From: Candidatus Arthromitus sp. SFB-mouse-Japan
Lineage (GTDB): Bacteria; Bacillota; Clostridia; Clostridiales; Clostridiaceae
Direction of reading: 5' to 3'
Length of the DNA: 32,000 nt
Assembly: GCF_000270205.1 (NCBI RefSeq)
Contig: NC_015913.1
Span: 390,001 to 422,000, forward strand
The translations under genes were made by a program, and so were the position numbers. Positions 9,373 to 17,284 of this stretch are shown here, one piece after another (position 1 is the stretch's first letter; each line of letters starts with the position of its first letter). Under the pieces are notes generated by a model, which saw only the letters and a list, made by a program, of their open reading frames with translations, ran no database searches and was not told the origin of the DNA.

Positions 9373-9484
9373 AATATTCATTTAAGTAAAACTTACTATT
9401 TTAAAAATTAAGAGTGGTTATAATCAAATTAGTAAATAGGATAAATGAATTAGGAAATTGAATATGATTTGATTTATTTGGAGT

Positions 9485-10001
9485 ATGATGGATATGTTAA
9501 AAAATAAAATTAAAAATATTATGTAGGAAGTAGGTTTAGGAGTATTGATTGTATTTAGTGCAAGTAGTATAAAATCTATGGGAATGTTAATACGATGTAA
9601 GCTGTATAGGATATTACTGTAAATGAGAATTCAAATGAGTATTCGCATAAATTTGATCGAGAATATTATTATTCTGATTTTTAAAAGGAAATGTTAGATT
9701 TTAGATGTATAGATCAAGCTAAGGCAGATAGTTTTACAAAAGATATAGATTCTGAAAATATAAAAGCAGAGATTAATAATATTTATGATTTATTTATTAT
9801 TGATTTATTTGTAAAAGGGGGGTATTATACGGCAAAAATTGGAGAATTAGAGAAATGGTTAACAAAGATAAGCTATTCAGGAGATGGTAAATTATATGAA
9901 TAAATTATGAAAAATATTGTGATCTAATTGGTAAAGAAGGATTATTGATTATAGATAATTTAAATATAGCAAGTTATTTAGAAGAAGGTGTAGAAATATA
10001 G
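9485..10001 (+). pseudogene. Gene debris: decayed secreted-protein-like ORF (includes track ORF 9691..9903)
   Basis: A signal-peptide-like start MLKNKIKNIM*EVGLGVLIVFSASS is interrupted by TAG. Downstream pieces (..ITVNENSNEYSHKFDREYYYSDF*KEMLDFRC.., then ..NYEKYCDLIGKEGLLIIDNLNIASYLEEGVEI*) continue across stops and frameshifts. No family recognised. Confidence 0.3.
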
Positions 10002-10154
10002 GGTTATTTTAAAGTGATTTTAGAGAGTTTTATTTTTTATGTGAATATAGGTTATAAAATATATCATATTTTTAGGCGCATCTTAATAATAATTGATGTG
10101 TGTATTTTTATTATAAAGAGAATATATAAGCAATAAGTAGGAGCAGAATAATTA

Positions 10155-12518
10155 GTGTTGTATTTATGTAGTTTAGTAATTGCGATTATATATTTATATA
10201 TATTCTTATATATTTTTAGATATAAATTATTAGATTTTATAAAAAAATTTATATTTAGGATAGTGCCAGAATCACTTATATTAATTTATATAAGTTTTTT
10301 TATGATAAGCATAATAAATTCTAAGATAATTAATTCTCTAAGTAAAACTCAAATATATAATTTTGCTAATCAGATAAATAATATATTTTTTCATAAATTT
10401 TATAATTTAACATTGTTCGATTTTATTATAATACTTTTATGTTTTTATTTTATTATTATTATTGTGATGACTTGTCAAAAAAGGGGTTATATAAGTAAGC
10501 TTAGTTATTTAAAATGCACTGTAGTTTATAAGTATTTTACTGAGATAAAGATTATAGTTATAATATTTTATATTGTTTATCTTATATTGCTATATGTTTC
10601 AAGGGAATATTTTATATATGATTTTAAACATTATGTGGGAATATTTACAATATTTAATATATACTCTATATTGAATTTGTTTCTTATAATGACGGAACTC
10701 GAGTTTCTATTATTGCCAGATTTATTTGAAAATAAAGTGAATAAATTTAGCAAGAAAAATTTTATTAAAGATGATAATTATATTATATATGATTTTAATA
10801 TGATGTTTAATGAAAAAAAACATTTATTTATAGAATTGTGTAATTATTTAAAATATTATCATAAGGAACCATTAACTATATGTATTGATGGGGAATCAGG
10901 AGTTGGTAAGAGTACGTTTTCATACGTGTTACAAAAAGAATTGAATGATGATTATTATGTATTTAATATTAATAGTCTTATATTTACAGAGAACAATAAA
11001 TTAAATGATTATTTTAATTATATAATAGAAAATTTATTTAAGGCACATGGAATATATAATTCTAAATCTTTAAAAAACTATATGAATATAATAAATTATG
11101 TCATGAATGATAAAGTTTCCAATTTAGTTAATTATTTTATGAATGATAAAATCCAAAAAAATTATTTTGAGATAAAAGATGAAATAAACAATTGTATAGT
11201 TAAGATATTTGGAAGTGATTCTGAGGTAAAATTTAAAAAGGGAATTATATTTATAATAGATGATTTAGAAAGAATTTATAATGATTCTCAAATAGTTAAT
11301 ATATTGATTTTTTCTCAATATATATTGGGATTTGATTATATAAAATTTATTTTAGTAACAAATTTAGGAATATTAAGAAATAAGATAGATAATCAGTATT
11401 TAGATATGTTTATACACAAAATATTTAAGATAGATAGTACAAGTATTAATAGCATATTAGTTAAATATTTTGGTGAATTAATTAAGATTGAGAGATGTGA
11501 AGATAGTAGTTTAAATATAGGTAGTTGGATAACACATTTACTTGATATAGAATTTGATAAATATATAAAAGAGTTTGGAGTATATCTTTATAATAATATA
11601 AATCTGGAATATTATATATTAAAAAAGAAATGGATAGATTATAAACGAATATTATTGGAAGATTTAAGAAATGGTGGATTGATAGATAACAAGAATAATA
11701 TTGTGTTTAATTTTAATAATTCTGGATATGAAATGATAAATGAGTATTATAATTATATTTATTTTAAGAAGTCTTTTTTAGGGGATAATAGGGAAGTAAT
11801 ATTAGATAATATATATAATTTAATAAAAGAAGAATACATTAATATGGATCTATATGATGATGAACAAGTTATAGCCATATGGATATATATGGAGAAAAAT
11901 AATAAATTGTTAAATTGTATTAAATTTAATATAAATCATTATAGAGTTTATAAAAATTTAACGTTATATAAAAATAATATGAATAAGGTAAATTATTTAA
12001 TAGATTTAAAATTAGATAATAGTCCGAGAAATTTGAAGAGACAGGTGTCTTTTTTCTTATACAGCTTTGAAAAATTAGATGAATATTTGTGTAACTTAAG
12101 AAATGATAAAAATTTCTGTTACATTATAGATATAGTAAATCAGAGAGATTTTATATTATTTTTTATGGTGATATGTTTTTTTAGGATATCAAATTTTATA
12201 GTTTCTGATTTTGATGATAATAGTTTTAAATCCGATAATAATATAAATATTTTAAGTATATATAAATTTTTAGTATCTAATCATGAAACTCTTAAGGGAT
12301 ATTCTGTAAAAGGTATTATATCATTTGTGTACGATAATATAGATAAAATAGACATAGATAAGTATATAAATTTAAAAGGTTTTGATAAAGGTATAAATTA
12401 TATATATCTATGTTTTTATATACAAACGTATATATATAAAAAGTTAATATTGGAAGATGTTAACGAAGAGTCTTTTGAAATATTAATTGATTTCATATAT
12501 AATTTGATAAGTGTTTAA
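10155..12518 (+). CDS. Membrane-anchored KAP-family P-loop NTPase (uncharacterised)
   Basis: About five N-terminal TM helices (aa 1-180), Walker A IDGESGVGKST (aa 244-254), Walker B IIFIIDDLERI (aa 364-374), then IKFILVTNLGIL and YLDMFIHKIF blocks as in KAP NTPases. The C-terminal ~400 aa are unassignable. The gene is extremely AT-rich. Confidence 0.7.
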   Translation: MLYLCSLVIAIIYLYIFLYIFRYKLLDFIKKFIFRIVPESLILIYISFFMISIINSKIINSLSKTQIYNFANQINNIFFHKFYNLTLFDFIIILLCFYFIIIIVMTCQKRGYISKLSYLKCTVVYKYFTEIKIIVIIFYIVYLILLYVSREYFIYDFKHYVGIFTIFNIYSILNLFLIMTELEFLLLPDLFENKVNKFSKKNFIKDDNYIIYDFNMMFNEKKHLFIELCNYLKYYHKEPLTICIDGESGVGKSTFSYVLQKELNDDYYVFNINSLIFTENNKLNDYFNYIIENLFKAHGIYNSKSLKNYMNIINYVMNDKVSNLVNYFMNDKIQKNYFEIKDEINNCIVKIFGSDSEVKFKKGIIFIIDDLERIYNDSQIVNILIFSQYILGFDYIKFILVTNLGILRNKIDNQYLDMFIHKIFKIDSTSINSILVKYFGELIKIERCEDSSLNIGSWITHLLDIEFDKYIKEFGVYLYNNINLEYYILKKKWIDYKRILLEDLRNGGLIDNKNNIVFNFNNSGYEMINEYYNYIYFKKSFLGDNREVILDNIYNLIKEEYINMDLYDDEQVIAIWIYMEKNNKLLNCIKFNINHYRVYKNLTLYKNNMNKVNYLIDLKLDNSPRNLKRQVSFFLYSFEKLDEYLCNLRNDKNFCYIIDIVNQRDFILFFMVICFFRISNFIVSDFDDNSFKSDNNINILSIYKFLVSNHETLKGYSVKGIISFVYDNIDKIDIDKYINLKGFDKGINYIYLCFYIQTYIYKKLILEDVNEESFEILIDFIYNLISV

Positions 12519-12556
12519 AAACAGAGTAACTATTTTTATGTAGTTACTCTGTTTTT
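12517..12556 (+). terminator. Rho-independent terminator after the KAP NTPase gene
   Basis: Perfect 16-bp stem aaaaacagagtaacta / tagttactctgttttt with an 8-nt loop, overlapping the stop codon. Confidence 0.85.
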
Positions 12557-12678
12557 ATATTATTTAATTTTTTGTACTCAATGATTAAATTATTTTCCTA
12601 AAAATTAATAAGTAATGAGTTTAAATTAGTATATAAATTTATTGATTTTCACAAAATATATTATAGCCTTTTAATTTC

Positions 12679-13560
12679 ATGGGAGAAGTATTGATTGTTA
12701 TGGGACTTAATATTTTGGATAAATTAATAGAATATGCTATAATAGATATCTTTGAGGATACTAAGCTTAAAATTTTGGGTTTTCCATATAAATGTAAGTT
12801 TGTAAAGAGGAGAGAACAAGATAGTTTTTACATAAAAGATGCAGTGCTTAATTTTACTATGATGACTCAAAAAAATAAAATTGTACATTTTGAGTTCAAA
12901 AAAGAGTATTTTTACAATGATATATATAAATTTTTGGTGTATTCATCGTTTCTTATATATGAAAATAAGTATGATTATGAATTAGTTTTAGTTTATCCAC
13001 ATAGGTCTCGTAAAATAGTAAAAAATATGGCATTTACTTCTTTAAGGTTTTTTTATACAGATGTGTATTTAGATTGTTTTAATGGAGATAAGATTTTAAT
13101 GAGATTGTCCGCTAAGGCATCTAAAAAGAAGAAATTTACTGATGAAGAGTATTTGATACTTTCCCTTACTCCATATATGTATTCAAAGAGGGAAAAAATA
13201 ACATTGATACTTGAAGGATTACGAGTAGCTAATGATTTAAATACAAAAAAAAAACACAGTATAATTATAATAATTTTAGTTTTAGCAGAGTGTTTTTTGG
13301 ATGAATCAGATATGTATAAAATAAAGAAGGAGGTAAAGATGTATAAGATTGGAAAAATGATATTTGAAGAGGGAATAAAAAGTGCATCTAGTGATGTTGA
13401 AAGAGAAATTTCTGGTAAAATGATACAGAAAGGCAAAAATCAGGCAAAGGTAGAGTTTGCAGTTGAGATGATGAAAAATAAGGAAGAGTTAAATAAGATT
13501 ATTAAGTATACTGGTTTTACTAAGAAAGAACTTGAAAAAATTTATTATACATTTAAATAA
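12679..13560 (+). CDS. Rpn/YhgA-like PD-(D/E)XK nuclease-family protein (putative transposase/recombination-promoting nuclease family)
   Basis: IKDAVL...KIVHFEFKKE gives a D...ExK arrangement. The layout then follows Rpn/TIGR01784-like proteins, including the C-terminal EEGIKSA...GKNQAKVEFAVEMMKNKEELNKIIKYTGFTKKELEKI tail (compare E/G-rich repeat + 'TGLS..EIE.L'). The start could also be ATG 12700. Confidence 0.55.
   Translation: MGEVLIVMGLNILDKLIEYAIIDIFEDTKLKILGFPYKCKFVKRREQDSFYIKDAVLNFTMMTQKNKIVHFEFKKEYFYNDIYKFLVYSSFLIYENKYDYELVLVYPHRSRKIVKNMAFTSLRFFYTDVYLDCFNGDKILMRLSAKASKKKKFTDEEYLILSLTPYMYSKREKITLILEGLRVANDLNTKKKHSIIIIILVLAECFLDESDMYKIKKEVKMYKIGKMIFEEGIKSASSDVEREISGKMIQKGKNQAKVEFAVEMMKNKEELNKIIKYTGFTKKELEKIYYTFK
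13339..13560 (+). CDS. Candidate internally initiated small protein (C-terminal 73 aa of the Rpn-like ORF)
   Basis: gaaggaggt (13326-13334) lies 5 nt upstream of the in-frame ATG 13339. This is the strongest SD in the gene and sits at the boundary of the C-terminal tail domain. Confidence 0.3.
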   Translation: MYKIGKMIFEEGIKSASSDVEREISGKMIQKGKNQAKVEFAVEMMKNKEELNKIIKYTGFTKKELEKIYYTFK

Positions 13561-13591
13561 TGGTTCGGAATTTTTATTCCGAGCCATTTTT
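13560..13591 (+). terminator. Rho-independent terminator after the Rpn-like gene
   Basis: tggttcggaa / ttccgagcca stem (one G-U), loop tttttа-like 6 nt, then TTTTT. Confidence 0.75.
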
Positions 13592-13652
13592 ATGTAAATT
13601 TAAGTTTAAAGTGATATAATCGTATATATGAGTTTATAAAGGATGTTTGTTT

Positions 13653-14333
13653 ATGAGAATATTATTGGCTGAGGATGAAAAAGAACTTTCAAATGCTATT
13701 GTAGCTGTTTTAAAACATAATTATTATTCAGTTGATGCTGTGTATAATGGTGAAGATGCTTTAGATTGGGCATTAAACGACGAGTATGATTTGATAATTT
13801 TGGATGTTATGATGCCTAAGATTAATGGATTAGATGTTTTGAAGGGTCTGAGAGATAAAAATATAGATGTACCAGTACTAATATTAACAGCTAAGGGAGA
13901 AATAGATGATAGAGTTATAGGACTGGATTTGGGTGCAGATGATTATATGTGTAAGCCTTTTAATATTAAAGAATTTTTGGCTAGAGTTAGAGCTATTATT
14001 AGACGTAAGCAGGGAATTGTATCAAATAATTTGGAATTTAATAACATGATTTTAAATAAGGAAAATTTTGAATTATCATATGAAGATAAAAGTATTAGAC
14101 TTGGTAATAAAGAATATCAAATACTTGAGATGCTTATGAGCAATCCTAATGTTATAATATCTACTGAAAAGTTTATGAGTAAAGTATGGGGATATGATTC
14201 TGAAGCTGAAATTAATGGTGTTTGGGTTTATATTTCTTATTTAAGGAAGAAGCTTATTTCAATTAATTCTCCTGTGGAGATTAAGGCTTTTAGAGGCATA
14301 GGATATAAATTAGAAAATAAGAGTGAGAACTAA
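13653..14333 (+). CDS. OmpR-family response regulator
   Basis: MRILLAEDE...DLIILDVMMPKINGLDV receiver domain plus a winged-helix C-terminus (LGNKEYQILEMLM...VWVYISYLRKKL...RGIGYKL). ATG 13653 is preferred over the track start. Confidence 0.92.
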   Translation: MRILLAEDEKELSNAIVAVLKHNYYSVDAVYNGEDALDWALNDEYDLIILDVMMPKINGLDVLKGLRDKNIDVPVLILTAKGEIDDRVIGLDLGADDYMCKPFNIKEFLARVRAIIRRKQGIVSNNLEFNNMILNKENFELSYEDKSIRLGNKEYQILEMLMSNPNVIISTEKFMSKVWGYDSEAEINGVWVYISYLRKKLISINSPVEIKAFRGIGYKLENKSEN

Positions 14334-15583
14334 TGGTTGATAGATTGCAACGCAAATTTATGTTGATTACGACAACAACATTATTTTTAGTGTTATTTAT
14401 TTTTGTAATTACTTTAAATTTAATTAATATTATAAATATTAATCGTCAGTCAGATTCTTTATTGAGTTTGATTCAAGAATATGATGGGAATTTACCCAGA
14501 GAATTTAAGGATGTTAAGCCTAAAAATATATATGATTTTTATGGGTTTATTAATAAAAATGATTACAATAAAAGAGTGCCAATTCATAACATATATTTTT
14601 CTGTAAAAATTTTTTATGATGGAAGTATTCTTGTAAATATTAGAAATAATGATTCAATAGATATTCTAGATGCTAAAAGTTTGGCTGAGAATGTTATAAA
14701 TTCAAATAGATATAAAGGATATAAAGGATTTTATAAGTTTTTAGTTTCAGATATGTATGGATATAAACTTGTTTCTTTTGTAGATTCTAGCAATGATATA
14801 TCTAAATCAGTTGATTTTGCCATCATATCTATGTTTGTGGTTATTTTATTTGTATGTATATTTGGTATTATCTTGAATTTTGTATCTAAATATGCAATTA
14901 AACCATTTATAGATAACATAGAAAAGCAAAAAGTGTTTATAACTAATGCAGGTCATGAAATTAAAACTCCTCTTGCAATAATTTTAGCTAATACTGAAGT
15001 TATAGAGATATTCAATGGGGAAAATGAGTGGACAAAAAGTACTATAAATCAAGTTAAACGTTTAGATGGGTTGGTTAAGAGGCTATTATCTTTATCTAAA
15101 ATGGATGAAAATAATTTTAGAATTGATAGAAAAGAAGTTTATTTTGGGAAAATTGTTTCAGAAATAGTCAATGACTTTGAAGTCTATGCTAATACTAAAA
15201 ACTTAAAAATTATAAGAAATATTGATGAGGATTTAATGTTTAATTGCAGTGAAGAATATATACGTGATTTAGTTTCCATTTTGATTGATAATGCGATTAA
15301 ATACTGTGATGATTGTGGAAAGATTGAGGTGTTTTTAAATTATAAAGGGGGAAAAATAGAGTTTTGTGTTTCTAATACCTTTAATAATGGAATAAATGGA
15401 AATATGGATTATTTATTCGATAGGTTTTACAGAATGGATAATTCAAGATCGCGTGATACTGGAGGATATGGACTTGGATTGTCTATTGCTGATTCTATAG
15501 TTAGGCATCATAAAGGAAAGATAGATGCCTTTTATAAGGATGGTAAGATAAGTTTTAATATAGTATTCAATAAGATAAATTAA
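14333..15583 (+). CDS. Sensor histidine kinase (HisKA/HATPase_c)
   Basis: TAATG overlap with the regulator gene. Two TM helices, H-box FITNAGHEIKTPL, N-box LIDNAIKY, G-boxes DRFYRMD and GGYGLGLSI. Confidence 0.92.
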   Translation: MVDRLQRKFMLITTTTLFLVLFIFVITLNLINIININRQSDSLLSLIQEYDGNLPREFKDVKPKNIYDFYGFINKNDYNKRVPIHNIYFSVKIFYDGSILVNIRNNDSIDILDAKSLAENVINSNRYKGYKGFYKFLVSDMYGYKLVSFVDSSNDISKSVDFAIISMFVVILFVCIFGIILNFVSKYAIKPFIDNIEKQKVFITNAGHEIKTPLAIILANTEVIEIFNGENEWTKSTINQVKRLDGLVKRLLSLSKMDENNFRIDRKEVYFGKIVSEIVNDFEVYANTKNLKIIRNIDEDLMFNCSEEYIRDLVSILIDNAIKYCDDCGKIEVFLNYKGGKIEFCVSNTFNNGINGNMDYLFDRFYRMDNSRSRDTGGYGLGLSIADSIVRHHKGKIDAFYKDGKISFNIVFNKIN

Positions 15584-15669
15584 TATCAATCTCTATTACA
15601 AATATAGTGATGGTACACATCCAGTTGATTGAGTGCATTATTTTAAGTTTTTTTTGGATATTTTATTAT

Positions 15670-15706
15670 AAATCCTAGACTTATAGAGTTTGGGATTTAT
15701 TTTTTT
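15670..15706 (+). terminator. Probable terminator after the kinase gene
   Basis: aaatccta / tgggattt stem (one G-U) with a 13-nt loop and a T8 run. The stem is weaker than in the other terminators. Confidence 0.45.
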
Positions 15707-15828
15707 GCAAAATGGTTCTCATATTAATTTTTAGTGTTATATTCCTTTTGTTGTTTTTGATTATTTATATCTTTAAAGTTAATTTAAGGTTAATTATACA
15801 TACTTCATTACATAGAGGAGTGAGCTTA

Positions 15829-16560
15829 ATGAAAACTTTTATGAGATATGAAAAAAAGTATATGTTAAATGAGGAAAAGTATTCATGTTTAATGGATGTT
15901 TTTGAAAGTCAGATGGAAGACGATATTTTTTCAAGATCTAGTATATGTAATATATACTTTGATACACCGAATTTTGAGTTAATAAGAAATTCTTTAGATA
16001 AGCCAGTTTATAAGGAAAAGCTCAGAATGAGGAGTTACGGAGTTCCAGATGAAGATGGATATGTGTTTATTGAACTTAAGAAAAAGTATAATGGTATTGT
16101 CTATAAAAGACGTGAAAAAATGAATATATATGATGCGGAAAATTATCTTTATTTTAATAATTATCCTGAAAGTGATACTCAAGTAATTAGAGAGATAGAT
16201 TGGGTATTAAATTATTATAAAAGTATAATGCCTAAGATGTATATTTCTTATGATAGAATTGCTATGCGAGGTATTTATGATGATGATTTAAGGATTACTT
16301 TTGATAAAAATATTTTATATAGAGATGATTGCCTTGATCTTAAAAGCGGAATATGGGGAGATAGGGTAATTAGAGAAGATGAATATTTGATGGAAATAAA
16401 GATTACTGGTGGAATGCCTCTTTGGCTCTGTAGAATTTTAAATGATTTAGGTATTTATCCTATTTCTTTTTCTAAGTATGGTGTTGCTTATCAAATTAAA
16501 GAAGGGTATAGAAACAGTATTGGGAGTGTTTCTCCATATATTGGTGGATTTGCTTGTTAA
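15829..16560 (+). CDS. VTC-domain (polyphosphate-polymerase-like, CYTH-superfamily) protein
   Basis: aggag RBS then ATG 15829. MKTFMRYEKKYML, KEKLRMRSY, FIELKKK and YLMEIK are strand motifs typical of bacterial VTC-domain proteins. The 39-aa N-terminal extension in the track ORF is probably spurious. Confidence 0.8.
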   Translation: MKTFMRYEKKYMLNEEKYSCLMDVFESQMEDDIFSRSSICNIYFDTPNFELIRNSLDKPVYKEKLRMRSYGVPDEDGYVFIELKKKYNGIVYKRREKMNIYDAENYLYFNNYPESDTQVIREIDWVLNYYKSIMPKMYISYDRIAMRGIYDDDLRITFDKNILYRDDCLDLKSGIWGDRVIREDEYLMEIKITGGMPLWLCRILNDLGIYPISFSKYGVAYQIKEGYRNSIGSVSPYIGGFAC

Positions 16561-16590
16561 AAAATTTAATTTAAGGAGAGTGTTGATGGA

Positions 16591-17280
16591 ATGTTTGATT
16601 GGTTTTTTAATTCTATTTTGATTGGGAACGCATCGAGTAGTGTTTCAGGTAAAAATATTTTAATTTGTATGGCTGTGTCACTTGTTCTTGGATTTTGTAT
16701 TGCTTATATATATATGTTTAAAAACGTTTATTCTAAAGGGTTTATAGTAACGTTAACACTCATGCCTGCTATTGTACAATTGGTTATTATGCTTGTTAAT
16801 GGTAATTTAGGGGCTGGAGTTGCTGTTACTGGAGCATTTTCACTCGTTAGATTTAGATCAGCACCTGGGAGTGCTAAAGAAATAATTAGTATATTTCTAG
16901 CTATGGCAGTTGGTCTTGCAACTGGTATGGGATATATTGGAGTTGCTGTTTTATTTGTCATTGTAATGGGGATTTTAAATATTATATTGAATGCGACAAA
17001 ATTCGGTGAAGGTCCACCACGCCAAAAGACACTTAAGATAACTATTCCTGAATCGCTTGATTATACAAATATTTTTGATGATATATTTACTAAATATTTA
17101 AAGAACTGGGAGATTTATCAAGTTAGAAGTATTAATATGGGGAGTTTATTTAAGATAGAGTATAAAGTAGTTATAAAAAATTCTATAAATGAGAAACAGA
17201 TGATTGATGATATCAGATGTAGGAATGGAAATTTAGAGATTATGATTGGTAAGAATTTACCTTCTAGGGAGGAGTTATAA
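16591..17280 (+). CDS. DUF4956 membrane protein
   Basis: Three or four TM helices with GAFSLVRFRSAPGSAKEI and a soluble C-terminal domain. It is the usual partner downstream of bacterial VTC-domain genes. Confidence 0.75.
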   Translation: MFDWFFNSILIGNASSSVSGKNILICMAVSLVLGFCIAYIYMFKNVYSKGFIVTLTLMPAIVQLVIMLVNGNLGAGVAVTGAFSLVRFRSAPGSAKEIISIFLAMAVGLATGMGYIGVAVLFVIVMGILNIILNATKFGEGPPRQKTLKITIPESLDYTNIFDDIFTKYLKNWEIYQVRSINMGSLFKIEYKVVIKNSINEKQMIDDIRCRNGNLEIMIGKNLPSREEL

Positions 17281-17284
17281 TATT

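Noticed and set aside
10155-13560. KAP NTPase and the Rpn-like nuclease as one co-transcribed two-gene operon
   Set aside because: A perfect 16-bp stem terminator (12517-12556) and a 160-nt gap separate them, so they look like independent transcription units. A functional link remains possible but the sequence does not support it.
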